This document shows positions 22,642 through 31,997 of a stretch of DNA of 52,478 nt, piece by piece. The DNA is from Candidatus Altiarchaeota archaeon (GTDB taxonomy: Archaea; Altiarchaeota; Altiarchaeia; JAFGQM01): positions 1 to 52,478 of the forward strand of contig JBFYKJ010000056.1 of the NCBI GenBank assembly GCA_041306005.1, read 5' to 3'. The position numbers and the translations under genes are program-made. The notes beneath the pieces were generated by a model. The model did no database searches, was not told where the DNA came from, and worked only from the letters and a program-made list of their open reading frames with translations. How positions within the stretch are numbered: position 1 is the first letter of the stretch; each line of letters opens with the position of its first letter.

Positions 22642-25600
22642 CTACATCACGCCCATGCACGCCTCGTCCCAGGTGCATTTCTCGGTGTGGAGTTCGAAGT
22701 GGTCTTTGCAGTTGCCCTGCAAGAAAGGCTTCCCGCTCAGTTCGCACACCACACTGCTGCAAACATCGTATTTCCATCGGCAGTAGTTGCAGTGGTGCTT
22801 ATCGCCGTCGGAGTCACACTCCCCGCCGGTGCCCTTGCCCACAGAGAACCATCCCTCTACGCAAACATCGTATTTACCGCAACTGCGGTCCACGCCCAGC
22901 GGGCCGGTGTTCCCGGCCGCCAGCTTCCAGATGAAGCCGCCCCCGGGTTCCCCGGGGTACCCGGCCCCCTGGTGGTAGTTGAACAAACAGGTCCACTCCT
23001 CGGTGGGGCACGCCTTTATCATGCCCCAGTCCTCGTCCCCGTCGCACATGGCGTACAGCTCGCTGGCGTTGTACCAGCCGTATTCAAGCTCCGACGCCGA
23101 TGTGTCGGGCCCTTCAGAGCTAGACCCGCCGGTGCCCTTGCCGCGCTCCTCCGCCGTGCCGTAGAATGCCCGCTCCCCTATGCCCCGGCAGTAGAGGAAA
23201 TCGTCGGTGCCGACGAGCCCGTCCTCGTCGTACACCCTGTCGCACGGGAAATTCTCATCGCAGGTGCAGTCCTCATCTTTCTCCCCGTTGCAGTTGTTGT
23301 CCAGGCCGTCGTGGCATATCTCCAGCCCGTAGCGGCTTAAGTTCTGCATCTCCACATAGCAATACGGGCAGAACTGGGCTATGCCCCCCTCGTTGTCTTT
23401 CGCCAGGGCGTCTATGCAAAGGTAGTCGTCCTCGGTCAGCGCGCCGTCCTGCGTCACGTCGGCGCATTCTAAGACCGCATCCTGCTCAACTCTATCGTTC
23501 AGTATCCAGCCCTCTATCAGCACGTCACTCGCGGTGATGGCGCCGTCCTGCGTCAGGTCGCCGGGCGTGCCGTTGCAGCCGAATCCGTAGACTACGAGGC
23601 ACGCAACCGGTATCGCCGAGCTGCCGGCGATGGCCTGCAGGCACTGCAAATCGGCCGAATCCAGCGCCCCGCTCCCGTCAAAGTCCGTCACGTTGAGCAA
23701 AGCCGGGTGCGGGTCAACGCCGAATCCGGCCGCGCCCACGATTCTCCCCATGACGGCGACGTCTGTCTGGCCTATGCCTTCGTCGTCGTCCAGGTCACCG
23801 GGCTCGCCCAGCGAGATGTTGAAGCAAAAGCCGCCGTTCATCCGCCGGGAGCAGTCCGTCGCCCCCGTGTCCCCAAGCCACTTGGTGGCCACTACGTTCA
23901 CCAGGCAGGCCTCGTCGTCAATATCGACGTCCCCGTCGTTGTCCATGTCGCCGCAGCCCGCATACTCGTTCCGCTCGACCTGCGACGGCACCTTCTTGAA
24001 GAAATCGCCGAAAAGGCTTATGTCATAAGACGCGGCGACGCAGTCATCGTTCCAGTCCCCGCGGCCGGCGTCCGGTTCCAAACAGTGCATTATGTCCTGG
24101 CCGCCGCTAAGGGTCATGCCGCTCCTTATGCAGGATATTATCTCGGCCTCGGCATACGTCTTCTTGCCACGGTAGTCATACACGCACTGCCTGGCCATCG
24201 GCCGGTCCTCGCAATCCCCAACCTCGCATTCAGATGCCCTTGCCTTTGACGTGTCGACGACGAATATCTCCAGCTCCGCGAGCCCGGACGCCCCGAGCAG
24301 GAGCCCTATCTTGTATACGCCCTCGTGGGGCGGGGCGAACAGCGCGACCGTGTATGTCCGCAGGCGCTGATCCCATGCGAGCGCAGACGTCTGCCCGTAC
24401 AAGACCGCCTTTATATTGGCAAGGCCCTCCACGTCCTTCTCGCCCTGCTTGACCCTCACATTCACGGTGAACGTCTCCTTGGGCTCCAGTATCTTCGGGC
24501 TCGCGCTCTGCTCGGAGGTGACGCCCGGGCGCGACAGCTCGGTGTCAAAGGAGATGGTGAAATTCTGCTCGTATATGACGCCCCCCTCTATCCTCTTGAG
24601 GTATATCTCCGCCCGGTGGCCGCCCGGGTAGGGGGTGTTCACGATGACCGTATAGTTCCCGCCTGAACCTGTGAGCTTGGGCCGTTCCGGCAGCCAGATC
24701 CCGCCATCAAGATAGTAAACCCCGACGTCGCTGGCGGTCGGCGAGTCCAGCGGCGTGCCGTTGAAGAGGATGCTCATGCCTATCTCGATGGGCGGCGTTT
24801 CGTCCATTATCGCATAGGGGGTGAGCTCGAAGTAGCTGTTGCTCACGGGCATGACGTTAACCCCCACTACTTTCATGCCCTTCCTGCCGTCATATAGCGC
24901 CAAGACCGCCAGGTCGTAGGTGCCGGGCGCATCGGGCGCTGCGCACGATGCCTTCCATACGCCCCCCGAGATCGCCGCCCCGCACGGCTGACCCGCCAGC
25001 TCGAAGCTGACGTTGGACTGCTGCGTCACGTCGGTCTGCCCGTAGAGGATCCTTGAGACGCTCGCCGCGAAGGGCCTCCCGGCGGCGGCCGGGTTCGGGA
25101 ACGTCAGCGCGCCGAATGTGAAGTTGTATTCCGGCGGCTCGGGAGGCTGCAGCGTGATTGTTACGGACTTGTTCTCGCCCGGGCCCGCGCTGTACTGCTT
25201 GGACCTGTAGTTTGAATACGCCTCCAGGTTCGATACGGTGAAATAGAAGGGCTTTGACGCCCCGACCGGCACGAACTCGGTGTAGCCGGAGGGTGCCGGG
25301 AGGAGCGCGCCCCCATACCCCGAGCCGTATACCTTAGTGCCGTTGGCCGTCCAAAGCTCCACCGTGGCGTTGGCGGTCAGAATCCTGCCGGCCTTGTCCA
25401 ACACCCTTGCCCTCGCGTTGCCAATCTGCGCGCCGCAAGTGACTTTTAGGTTTAGCGTGTTGGGCCCCGCATCCAGGGCAATGCTTGCACTGGCGCCCAC
25501 ACAGCCCGTTTCGAGCGCTGAGGCGAAAACGGTCGCGCCGGCCGAGAGCTGGAACTCGGCGCATCCGACCGAAAGCGGCTTTTGCCCCAGCTGCTCGCCG

Positions 25601-26478
25601 ATAAGGGAGTGCACCCTGGCCGAGCCGTTGACGGGCTTGCCGCCCTGGTCCCGGACGCACACGCTCAGCACTGCAGGCTCCGGCGCCGAAGCGCGCATCT
25701 GTACTAGTAGTTCCCTTTCCTCGCCAAAACCCAGCATGGTCGGGCTCGCCCTGCCGTCGTACTGCCCATAGCCCGCCGCATCGGCGATGACCGCATACCA
25801 GTTGCCCGAATCAAGGGAGAACGAGCCCATTCCCGCTATCGGCTTGGCGGCGGCTATCGTGTGCGCATTGCCGTTGGGTATCACGACGGTGACGTTTGCC
25901 CTGATGAAAGACCCGGCTTCATCCCTGACTGTGAGCCTCAGGGTGCCCTTGGGGGTCTGCGGCTTGTCGAAGAAATCGGCCGGCAGGCTCACCGGGATCG
26001 TCACGGTGCCCGCGTCAAGGGGGTACGGGTCCGATACTGCCGTCTTCCCGTTCAACGGGTTCCTGACGGCGGCGGTCACGCTGTGGCCGGATATGCCGCC
26101 GAAGGTGAACTCGCTCTTCTTTCCCTCAGAAGAGCATATCTGCCCGCCGTCCGCATCGTTGAGGCTGACAAATAGCGAAGCTGGGACCTGGCCGGCTATT
26201 TTCACCACAACGGTCTTTAGATTTTCCGAAGGGGGGCAATCCGCCAGGCACGACAACGAGGTCTCGGGGGCATCGCATGCGCCGTCGCCGCACAGCGGTT
26301 CGGCCTCAGATGCCGCCGGGCCGCTTGGCCAAAGAAGGATGACCGATATTATTAACAGCGCGAGTATGCCCAATGGAAACAATATCGCGGGTATGCGGTG
26401 CTCGTCAAAAAAGCCGTCAAGGCGGGCGGCTTCCAGGGCGCGCCATGAAAAGTCGTCCAGCTTCCCGAATGGGGGCAT
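22642..26478 (-). CDS. Giant membrane-anchored, Cys-rich surface protein with three dockerin-like modules (paralog A)
   Basis: 1278 aa. N-terminal cytoplasmic motif LDDFSWRALEAARLDGFFDEHRIP, followed by one TM. CGDGACD...CLADC module at 26236-26292. A long beta-rich region of about 650 aa. Six DxDxDG-type Ca-loop segments at 23398-24063. MopE-like ICHDGLDNNCNGEKDEDC near 23255-23325. Cys-rich C-terminus. Confidence 0.85.
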   Translation of the reverse strand: MPPFGKLDDFSWRALEAARLDGFFDEHRIPAILFPLGILALLIISVILLWPSGPAASEAEPLCGDGACDAPETSLSCLADCPPSENLKTVVVKIAGQVPASLFVSLNDADGGQICSSEGKKSEFTFGGISGHSVTAAVRNPLNGKTAVSDPYPLDAGTVTIPVSLPADFFDKPQTPKGTLRLTVRDEAGSFIRANVTVVIPNGNAHTIAAAKPIAGMGSFSLDSGNWYAVIADAAGYGQYDGRASPTMLGFGEERELLVQMRASAPEPAVLSVCVRDQGGKPVNGSARVHSLIGEQLGQKPLSVGCAEFQLSAGATVFASALETGCVGASASIALDAGPNTLNLKVTCGAQIGNARARVLDKAGRILTANATVELWTANGTKVYGSGYGGALLPAPSGYTEFVPVGASKPFYFTVSNLEAYSNYRSKQYSAGPGENKSVTITLQPPEPPEYNFTFGALTFPNPAAAGRPFAASVSRILYGQTDVTQQSNVSFELAGQPCGAAISGGVWKASCAAPDAPGTYDLAVLALYDGRKGMKVVGVNVMPVSNSYFELTPYAIMDETPPIEIGMSILFNGTPLDSPTASDVGVYYLDGGIWLPERPKLTGSGGNYTVIVNTPYPGGHRAEIYLKRIEGGVIYEQNFTISFDTELSRPGVTSEQSASPKILEPKETFTVNVRVKQGEKDVEGLANIKAVLYGQTSALAWDQRLRTYTVALFAPPHEGVYKIGLLLGASGLAELEIFVVDTSKARASECEVGDCEDRPMARQCVYDYRGKKTYAEAEIISCIRSGMTLSGGQDIMHCLEPDAGRGDWNDDCVAASYDISLFGDFFKKVPSQVERNEYAGCGDMDNDGDVDIDDEACLVNVVATKWLGDTGATDCSRRMNGGFCFNISLGEPGDLDDDEGIGQTDVAVMGRIVGAAGFGVDPHPALLNVTDFDGSGALDSADLQCLQAIAGSSAIPVACLVVYGFGCNGTPGDLTQDGAITASDVLIEGWILNDRVEQDAVLECADVTQDGALTEDDYLCIDALAKDNEGGIAQFCPYCYVEMQNLSRYGLEICHDGLDNNCNGEKDEDCTCDENFPCDRVYDEDGLVGTDDFLYCRGIGERAFYGTAEERGKGTGGSSSEGPDTSASELEYGWYNASELYAMCDGDEDWGMIKACPTEEWTCLFNYHQGAGYPGEPGGGFIWKLAAGNTGPLGVDRSCGKYDVCVEGWFSVGKGTGGECDSDGDKHHCNYCRWKYDVCSSVVCELSGKPFLQGNCKDHFELHTEKCTWDEACMGVM

Positions 26479-26546
26479 GGGGAATTAAATGGAGGTGCAT
26501 TAAAAAGGGCTAATGGCTAATGCCTTGCCGCGGCACGACAATCCCG

Positions 26547-29500
26547 TCATCCCGACGCGTGGTCCGAGTACCTGGTCCTGCCGGTGAGTATGTGCCATAC
26601 TACACGGTAGTCGTCCTCGTACCTCGTCCCGTAGTCCATGTGTATCAACGGCCTCTGCGACTGGTCGGCGCCCGAAAACTCGACTATGAGGTAGCAAGTG
26701 CCGTAGTGGCCGCCCTTCATGGAAAAGCCGTATGAATGGGTGTTTTGTATGGAGCCGCCCCTGTCATCCCCCTCCTCGATGACGTACAGGCCGTCGGGGT
26801 CCTTCGCGAGATAGACGCGCGAGATGCCTTTTGCATCGTACCCCTCGGGTATGTAGACCGCAAGCAGGTGGGTGCTGGCAGACTCCGGCTTCCAGAGGAG
26901 GTACAGCTCGTAGCGGTTGTCAAAAGTCCCTTCCCCGGACTCCAGGCCGCCAAGGCTGCCCATGCACAGGCCCTCGGCCGGGCAGACCTCGGATTCGCCG
27001 CCCTCGCCATCGTCGCAGCCGCCCATGCCCCCGCCGCTCGGCCCGCACTCTTCCTTCTGGCATACGTCGAATTCGAAGCGGCAGTAGCGGCATTTTTTCT
27101 CATAGATGAGCTTGCAGTTCGAGCCTGAAGATGTGCCCACCGAGTTCCACCCGGTATGGCAGTCCGGCGCGTCGTGGCAGTCGTATGTCGCGCCCAGGGG
27201 GCCTATGTTCCCCTCCGCGCTCATCCACCTAAAGCCCTTCATGTCGTTTATCTCCGATGCGCTTGTCGTCCCGCCGCCCTCTTCTCCGCCGCCCTCGTTG
27301 TTCTCTATCCAGTCTTCCGTATTCCCCGAATTGTGCGAGAAGCCCGGCAGGAAGTTGAAGAGGCACGTCCATTCCCCGCCCCCGCAGTACATTATGTTGC
27401 CCCAGCCCTCCTCGCTGCACATGCCGTCGACGTCGTCTATCGGGTTCCAGTCAAAGCCGCCCTCGGGCTCATCATCCTCGTCTTCCTCTTCGTCCTCGGT
27501 CGCCCCCGCCGCCCACTGGCTGAAGTCCCGCTCCCCGAAAGCCGTGCATACGGCGAAATCGTTCGTCTCCGGCAGGCCGTCGATGTCGTAGAGTTTTGAG
27601 CACGACTGCCCGTCGTCGCAGGTGCAGTTCTCGTCCGTATATCCGTTGCAGTCGTTGTCAAGGCCGTCGTGGCATATCTCCTGCCCGTAGCGGCCGAGGG
27701 CCTGCAGGTCCCGCGCGCAGATGCCGCAGAACGGGGAAGTGAGCGTTATATCGCCATTTATGGTACCGTCCATGCAGAAGTAGTCCTCATCGTCGACGAC
27801 CGCATCATTGTTCATGTCGGCGCACTTGAACACGGTCGTTGAATCGACCCTGTGGTTGACTATCCAGCCTTCTATCATGAAGTCCGTGTCGTCTATCTCC
27901 CAGTCCCGCGTGAGGTCGCCGGGGGCGTATGTCCCGTTCGGGTAATCTGGCCCCGGGCCGGGCTTTGTCGCGCAGCCGAAGTCGTAGATGGCAAGGCATG
28001 AAATCGCTATGTTCTTCCCATTCACTATGCTGTCAAGGCAGTCGTAATCCTTTATATCCACATTGCCGCTCATGTCAAAGTCGGTGATGTTGAGCAGGAA
28101 CTCGTCGGGCGTGACGCCGTAGCCTGCAATGCGGACGACGTCCCCCATTATCCCGAGGTCCGCGGCGTCCATGTTGCCGCTGCCGTCAAGGTCCCCGGGC
28201 TCGCCCACGCTTATGTTGAAGCAGAAGCCGCCCCGCATCGAGCTTGCGCAGTCCTCGTCGCCGTAGTCGCCGAACCACTTGGTGGAGAGGATGTTGGTTA
28301 TGCAGTCATAGTCATCCTCGTCGGCGTCACCGTCGTTGTCCATGTCCCCGCAGTAGCGGTACTCGTTGCGCTCCTCCTGCGAGGGTATCTTGGTGAAGAA
28401 GTCGTTCATCAGGCCGAGATCCGAAGAGGTCAGCATGCAGTCCGTGTCCCAGTCGCCGCGGCGGGCGGAGGCCGACAAACAGTGGGTCACGTCCTGCGAG
28501 CGTATCATCAGGCCAGTGCGTATGCAGGTCACCACGTCGCTCTCGGAGTAGGACTTCTTCGAGTCGTACTCCGCGACGCACTCCCTCACCATCGGCCGGT
28601 CGACGCACTTCTTTATGTCGCAGTCGTCCGCGCGGCTCTTGCCGGTGTCGACGACGAATATCTCAGTGTAAGCTATCCGCTCCTGCTCTATGTAGAACTC
28701 CAGCTTGTAGATGCTCTCGTATTCGGGGGCCTTAAGCGAGACCGCGTAAGCCTTCTGCGCCGAGTCCCACGGCATCGATTTCGTGGTTTCGGCAAGCCCT
28801 ACCTTTAGGTTGGCAAGGCCCTCGATAGCCTTCCCGCCCTGGGTTATCCTCAGGTAGGCGGTGAAACTCTCTTCCGGCTCGAGTATGCGCGGGCTCGCGC
28901 TCACCTCGGTCGATACGGCAACCTGCGACGGCTGGGAGTCGAAGGTGATGGTGAAATTCTGCTCATACACAGCATCGCCCACCGTCTTCATCAGGTATAT
29001 CTCCGCCCGGTGGTCGCCGGGGAAAGGCGTGTTTGCGGCGATCGTGTACAATCCGTCGGCGCCCTTGAGGGCGGGCTTGTCCAAAGCCCATATCTTGCCC
29101 GGCACGTAGTATATGCCGACGGAGCTCGCATCGGGCGCGGCCAGCGGGGTCCCGTTGAAGGTTATGTCCATCTCGATGTCTATCGGCGGCTGGACGTCGA
29201 GGATAGCGTGCGGGACCAGCTCAAAGTAGCTGGACGCGCCAACCGCGAATACCTTGACCTGCTGGGTCTTGCTGCCCGCCCTGCCGCTGTAAAGCGCGTT
29301 GACCGCGAGATCGTAGTCCCCGGCCAAATCGGGGGCCTGGCACTCGGCGGTCCACACCGAGCCCTTAGACACTGCGCATGGCTGGGCGGCGAACTCCACC
29401 GTGACGTTGGCTAAGGAAGTCACGTCCGTCTGGCCGTAGAGGACGCGCGATACGGTCACCTTAAATGTGTCAAGGGCGACTACGGGGCTTGGATAAGCGA

Positions 29501-30890
29501 TGCCGCTGAACGAGAAGTTGTACACCGGGGGTTCAGGTATGGGGAGGTCGAGGGTGACCGTCTTGTTGGCGCCGGGATTTACGCCGTACTTCGACGAGGT
29601 GAATGCCGAGTAGCCGGCGACCCCGGTCACGGTGAAGTAGACCTTCTTTGACGAGTCGGCGGCGACGTACTCGGTGTACCCGGTTGGCGCCGCCAGGAGC
29701 GAGCCGCCAAAGCCCGATCCGCTTATCTTCCGGCCGTCCGACGAGAAAGCCGTGACAGTGGCCTGGCGGGTCACGTCGGTCTCGTTGGCCGTGACCTTCA
29801 CCCTCACCTGCCCGACCTGCGGGCCGCACGTCAAATTCAGGCTGACAGCATTCGAGCCGGGGGCGAGCGCCACCTCTTTCGCGGCGCTTGAGCATCCGGG
29901 TGAGTCAAAAGACACCTCCACCCTCGCACCCGACAGTAGGCTGAACTGCGCGCAGCCGGATATCAGGGGCGCCGTGCCGAGCGAGTCGCCGCTCAGCGAC
30001 GATACGCCGACGCTGCCCTCGAGCGCGCTGCCCGCGGAGTATGCGCATGCCCTGAGCGAGGCCTGAACGGGCGCGGGCACCAGCGGGTCCATCTGCGCAA
30101 TGATCTCCCTCTGCGCGCCCTGCTCGACGTTTATCGGGCTCTTCCTGCTGTCATACTGGGCATAGCCCTCGGCGTCGACGATTATCGCATACCACTTGCC
30201 GGCGTCGACTGTGAAGAAATCACTGCCCGGCACCGACTTCGTGCTGACTATCGTGTGGGATGAGCCGCTTGGTATCACAAGGGTGACCTTTCCGGTGACC
30301 GAAAAGCCGGATTCTGCATCCTTGAGCGTCACGCGGACAACGCCCTTGGGGATCGCTGTCTGCTCGAAGAATCCCGACGGCATTGCGACAGTTATCTCCG
30401 TTTCCTTGCCTTCAAGCGATATCAGGTCCGACTGCGCAGCCTTGCTGTTCTTCGGGTTTGACACCACCGCGCGGGCGCTGTCGCCGGACAGGCCCGAAAA
30501 TGTGAACGAGCTCTTCTTCCCGCTGGAAGCGGCAAGCCGGACACCCTCGGCATCCTCGATGCGGACGTCGATGCTGGCATCCACCTGCCCGAATATCAAG
30601 ACCTTTACTGTCTTGAGGTCGCCCTCCTTCTTCGCGCAGTCCTCGGGGCAGGATATCAAATCCTCGTCCCTCGCGGGCTCGCACGCCCCGTCGCCGCAGA
30701 ATATCTCGGCCTGGGGGGCGCCCGGCGGCCCGGAGGGCTGGGATATGAGCAGGAGCACCGCTACAAGCAGGATTATTATGGCGAGGGGCAGCACCAAGGC
30801 GGGTATCCTATACTGCTCAAACACGCCGTCGAGGCGCGTCTTCTCGACAAGCGTCCACGAGAAGCCGTCAAGCGACTCCTTAAGAGGCAT
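26547..30890 (-). CDS. Giant membrane-anchored, Cys-rich surface protein with three dockerin-like modules (paralog B, extended C-terminus)
   Basis: Collinear with paralog A: MPLKESLDGFSWTLVEKTRLDGVFEQYRIP plus a TM, CGDGACE...CPEDC at 30636-30698, dockerin-like segments at 27753-28460, and ICHDGLDNDCNGYTDENC. It additionally has an acidic tract (EDEEEDEDDE) and an extra C-terminal domain of about 150 aa. ATG 30890 is chosen by homology to paralog A; the track start is 30941. Confidence 0.85.
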   Translation of the reverse strand: MPLKESLDGFSWTLVEKTRLDGVFEQYRIPALVLPLAIIILLVAVLLLISQPSGPPGAPQAEIFCGDGACEPARDEDLISCPEDCAKKEGDLKTVKVLIFGQVDASIDVRIEDAEGVRLAASSGKKSSFTFSGLSGDSARAVVSNPKNSKAAQSDLISLEGKETEITVAMPSGFFEQTAIPKGVVRVTLKDAESGFSVTGKVTLVIPSGSSHTIVSTKSVPGSDFFTVDAGKWYAIIVDAEGYAQYDSRKSPINVEQGAQREIIAQMDPLVPAPVQASLRACAYSAGSALEGSVGVSSLSGDSLGTAPLISGCAQFSLLSGARVEVSFDSPGCSSAAKEVALAPGSNAVSLNLTCGPQVGQVRVKVTANETDVTRQATVTAFSSDGRKISGSGFGGSLLAAPTGYTEYVAADSSKKVYFTVTGVAGYSAFTSSKYGVNPGANKTVTLDLPIPEPPVYNFSFSGIAYPSPVVALDTFKVTVSRVLYGQTDVTSLANVTVEFAAQPCAVSKGSVWTAECQAPDLAGDYDLAVNALYSGRAGSKTQQVKVFAVGASSYFELVPHAILDVQPPIDIEMDITFNGTPLAAPDASSVGIYYVPGKIWALDKPALKGADGLYTIAANTPFPGDHRAEIYLMKTVGDAVYEQNFTITFDSQPSQVAVSTEVSASPRILEPEESFTAYLRITQGGKAIEGLANLKVGLAETTKSMPWDSAQKAYAVSLKAPEYESIYKLEFYIEQERIAYTEIFVVDTGKSRADDCDIKKCVDRPMVRECVAEYDSKKSYSESDVVTCIRTGLMIRSQDVTHCLSASARRGDWDTDCMLTSSDLGLMNDFFTKIPSQEERNEYRYCGDMDNDGDADEDDYDCITNILSTKWFGDYGDEDCASSMRGGFCFNISVGEPGDLDGSGNMDAADLGIMGDVVRIAGYGVTPDEFLLNITDFDMSGNVDIKDYDCLDSIVNGKNIAISCLAIYDFGCATKPGPGPDYPNGTYAPGDLTRDWEIDDTDFMIEGWIVNHRVDSTTVFKCADMNNDAVVDDEDYFCMDGTINGDITLTSPFCGICARDLQALGRYGQEICHDGLDNDCNGYTDENCTCDDGQSCSKLYDIDGLPETNDFAVCTAFGERDFSQWAAGATEDEEEDEDDEPEGGFDWNPIDDVDGMCSEEGWGNIMYCGGGEWTCLFNFLPGFSHNSGNTEDWIENNEGGGEEGGGTTSASEINDMKGFRWMSAEGNIGPLGATYDCHDAPDCHTGWNSVGTSSGSNCKLIYEKKCRYCRFEFDVCQKEECGPSGGGMGGCDDGEGGESEVCPAEGLCMGSLGGLESGEGTFDNRYELYLLWKPESASTHLLAVYIPEGYDAKGISRVYLAKDPDGLYVIEEGDDRGGSIQNTHSYGFSMKGGHYGTCYLIVEFSGADQSQRPLIHMDYGTRYEDDYRVVWHILTGRTRYSDHASG

Positions 30891-30936
30891 AAGGAGATTA
30901 ATGCCGGGGGGAATAAAAGCCTGTATATCATAAATG

Positions 30937-30977
30937 CCCATATGGAAGAAAATCCCATATGGAAGAAAAGCCCATAT
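30937..30977. repeat. 17-bp tandem repeat, about 2.4 copies (CCCATATGGAAGAAAAK)
   Basis: Units at 30937-30953 and 30954-30970, with a partial unit at 30971-30977. Located 47-87 nt upstream of the preferred start of giant paralog B. Confidence 0.85.
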
Positions 30978-30982
30978 AACTT

Positions 30983-31032
30983 AACTATGCTGGGGAGATC
31001 GCACAATAACTATGCCGGGGGGATCGCACAAC
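30983..31032. repeat. 25-bp tandem repeat, 2 copies (AACTATGCYGGGGRGATCGCACAAY)
   Basis: Units at 30983-31007 and 31008-31032, with 3 mismatches. Located between the peptidase stop and giant paralog B. Confidence 0.85.
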
Positions 31033-31070
31033 AGGGAGGTATCCGGGCTGCATGAGGGGATTAGCCGCAC

Positions 31071-31955
31071 TCACACCGCCCACATCAGTATGGCGGACCA
31101 GAAGGGGGATATCGCTATCGCGAGCGGGAACGCGGGGGCGAACCTTATGCCCCACTTTATCCGGATCTTCTTTGGCAGCTGCTTGCGCGAGGCGCGTATG
31201 GCCTTTATGGCCTCTTTGGTCAGACCGTCCATGTCCCTGCTGCTGGCCAGCTTCTTGCCGCGGATGACGAGGTCTTCGGCCACAAGGTCGCCCTCGCGCA
31301 GCTCTTTAACGGTGACTTCCCTTTGCATGGCTATCTCCTCTACGCTCCTCGTGAATGCCAGGAGGGGGTAATATATCGCCGGCAGGGCAAGTGCCAGCAT
31401 CATCACATAGCTGTGGGGCTTTGCCATTATGAACAGCGAAACGGCTATGACGACGCCCAGTACGGCTATGAACCAGTTCTTCCGGACCCTGCCGCCGAAG
31501 AGGGAGAATACCTTCATATGCGTTACGGCAAGTATGAATGCGTAGGTCAGGGAGTATGGGATCGCGATCACCGAGAGGGCGACGAAGAACCCGAAGAACG
31601 CTGGGAATATCGCCGCTGAGCCCATTATGGACGGGGCCGCAATCCCGCCGAGCGCGGCGCCTATGCCCGCTATCAGCTTGGCATCGCCCCCGCCCCAGCC
31701 GCCGGTGTAGAAGAGGAGCGCGCCAAATGCGAAGAATATTGCTGCCACTGCCGCGCCGTCAAGGAAATAAACATAATCCCCCAGCATCACCGAGAACGCC
31801 GCCCGCATAGCGAGCGCGGCTGCCACAAGCCCTATGCTGAACTTGTCCGGTATCTCGCCGGTCTTCAGGTCGAAATATGACGCCACGACCGAGAAGCCCA
31901 TGGCTGTGGAGAGCATGAACAGGTTCGCAGTCGGGATGTCGATCATCGGGGCCAT
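31071..31955 (-). CDS. A24-family prepilin/preflagellin-type aspartic peptidase
   Basis: Polytopic membrane protein with the two catalytic Asp motifs YFDLKTGEIPD and GGWGGGDAKLIAGIG. It also has a soluble insert and C-terminal TM helices, as in archaeal FlaK/PibD-type enzymes. Confidence 0.8.
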   Translation of the reverse strand: MAPMIDIPTANLFMLSTAMGFSVVASYFDLKTGEIPDKFSIGLVAAALAMRAAFSVMLGDYVYFLDGAAVAAIFFAFGALLFYTGGWGGGDAKLIAGIGAALGGIAAPSIMGSAAIFPAFFGFFVALSVIAIPYSLTYAFILAVTHMKVFSLFGGRVRKNWFIAVLGVVIAVSLFIMAKPHSYVMMLALALPAIYYPLLAFTRSVEEIAMQREVTVKELREGDLVAEDLVIRGKKLASSRDMDGLTKEAIKAIRASRKQLPKKIRIKWGIRFAPAFPLAIAISPFWSAILMWAV

Positions 31956-31997
31956 GTTTTCGGTTTTTGCGATTTGTGCGCTCGGCGGATCTCCAGC

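Noticed and set aside
26380-26478. Class III (prepilin-type) signal peptides on the giant proteins, as substrates of the neighbouring A24 peptidase
   Set aside because: The N-termini have about 30 residues before the hydrophobic helix and lack the short basic leader with a (K/R)G cleavage motif. The idea is kept only as a low-probability hypothesis in the findings.
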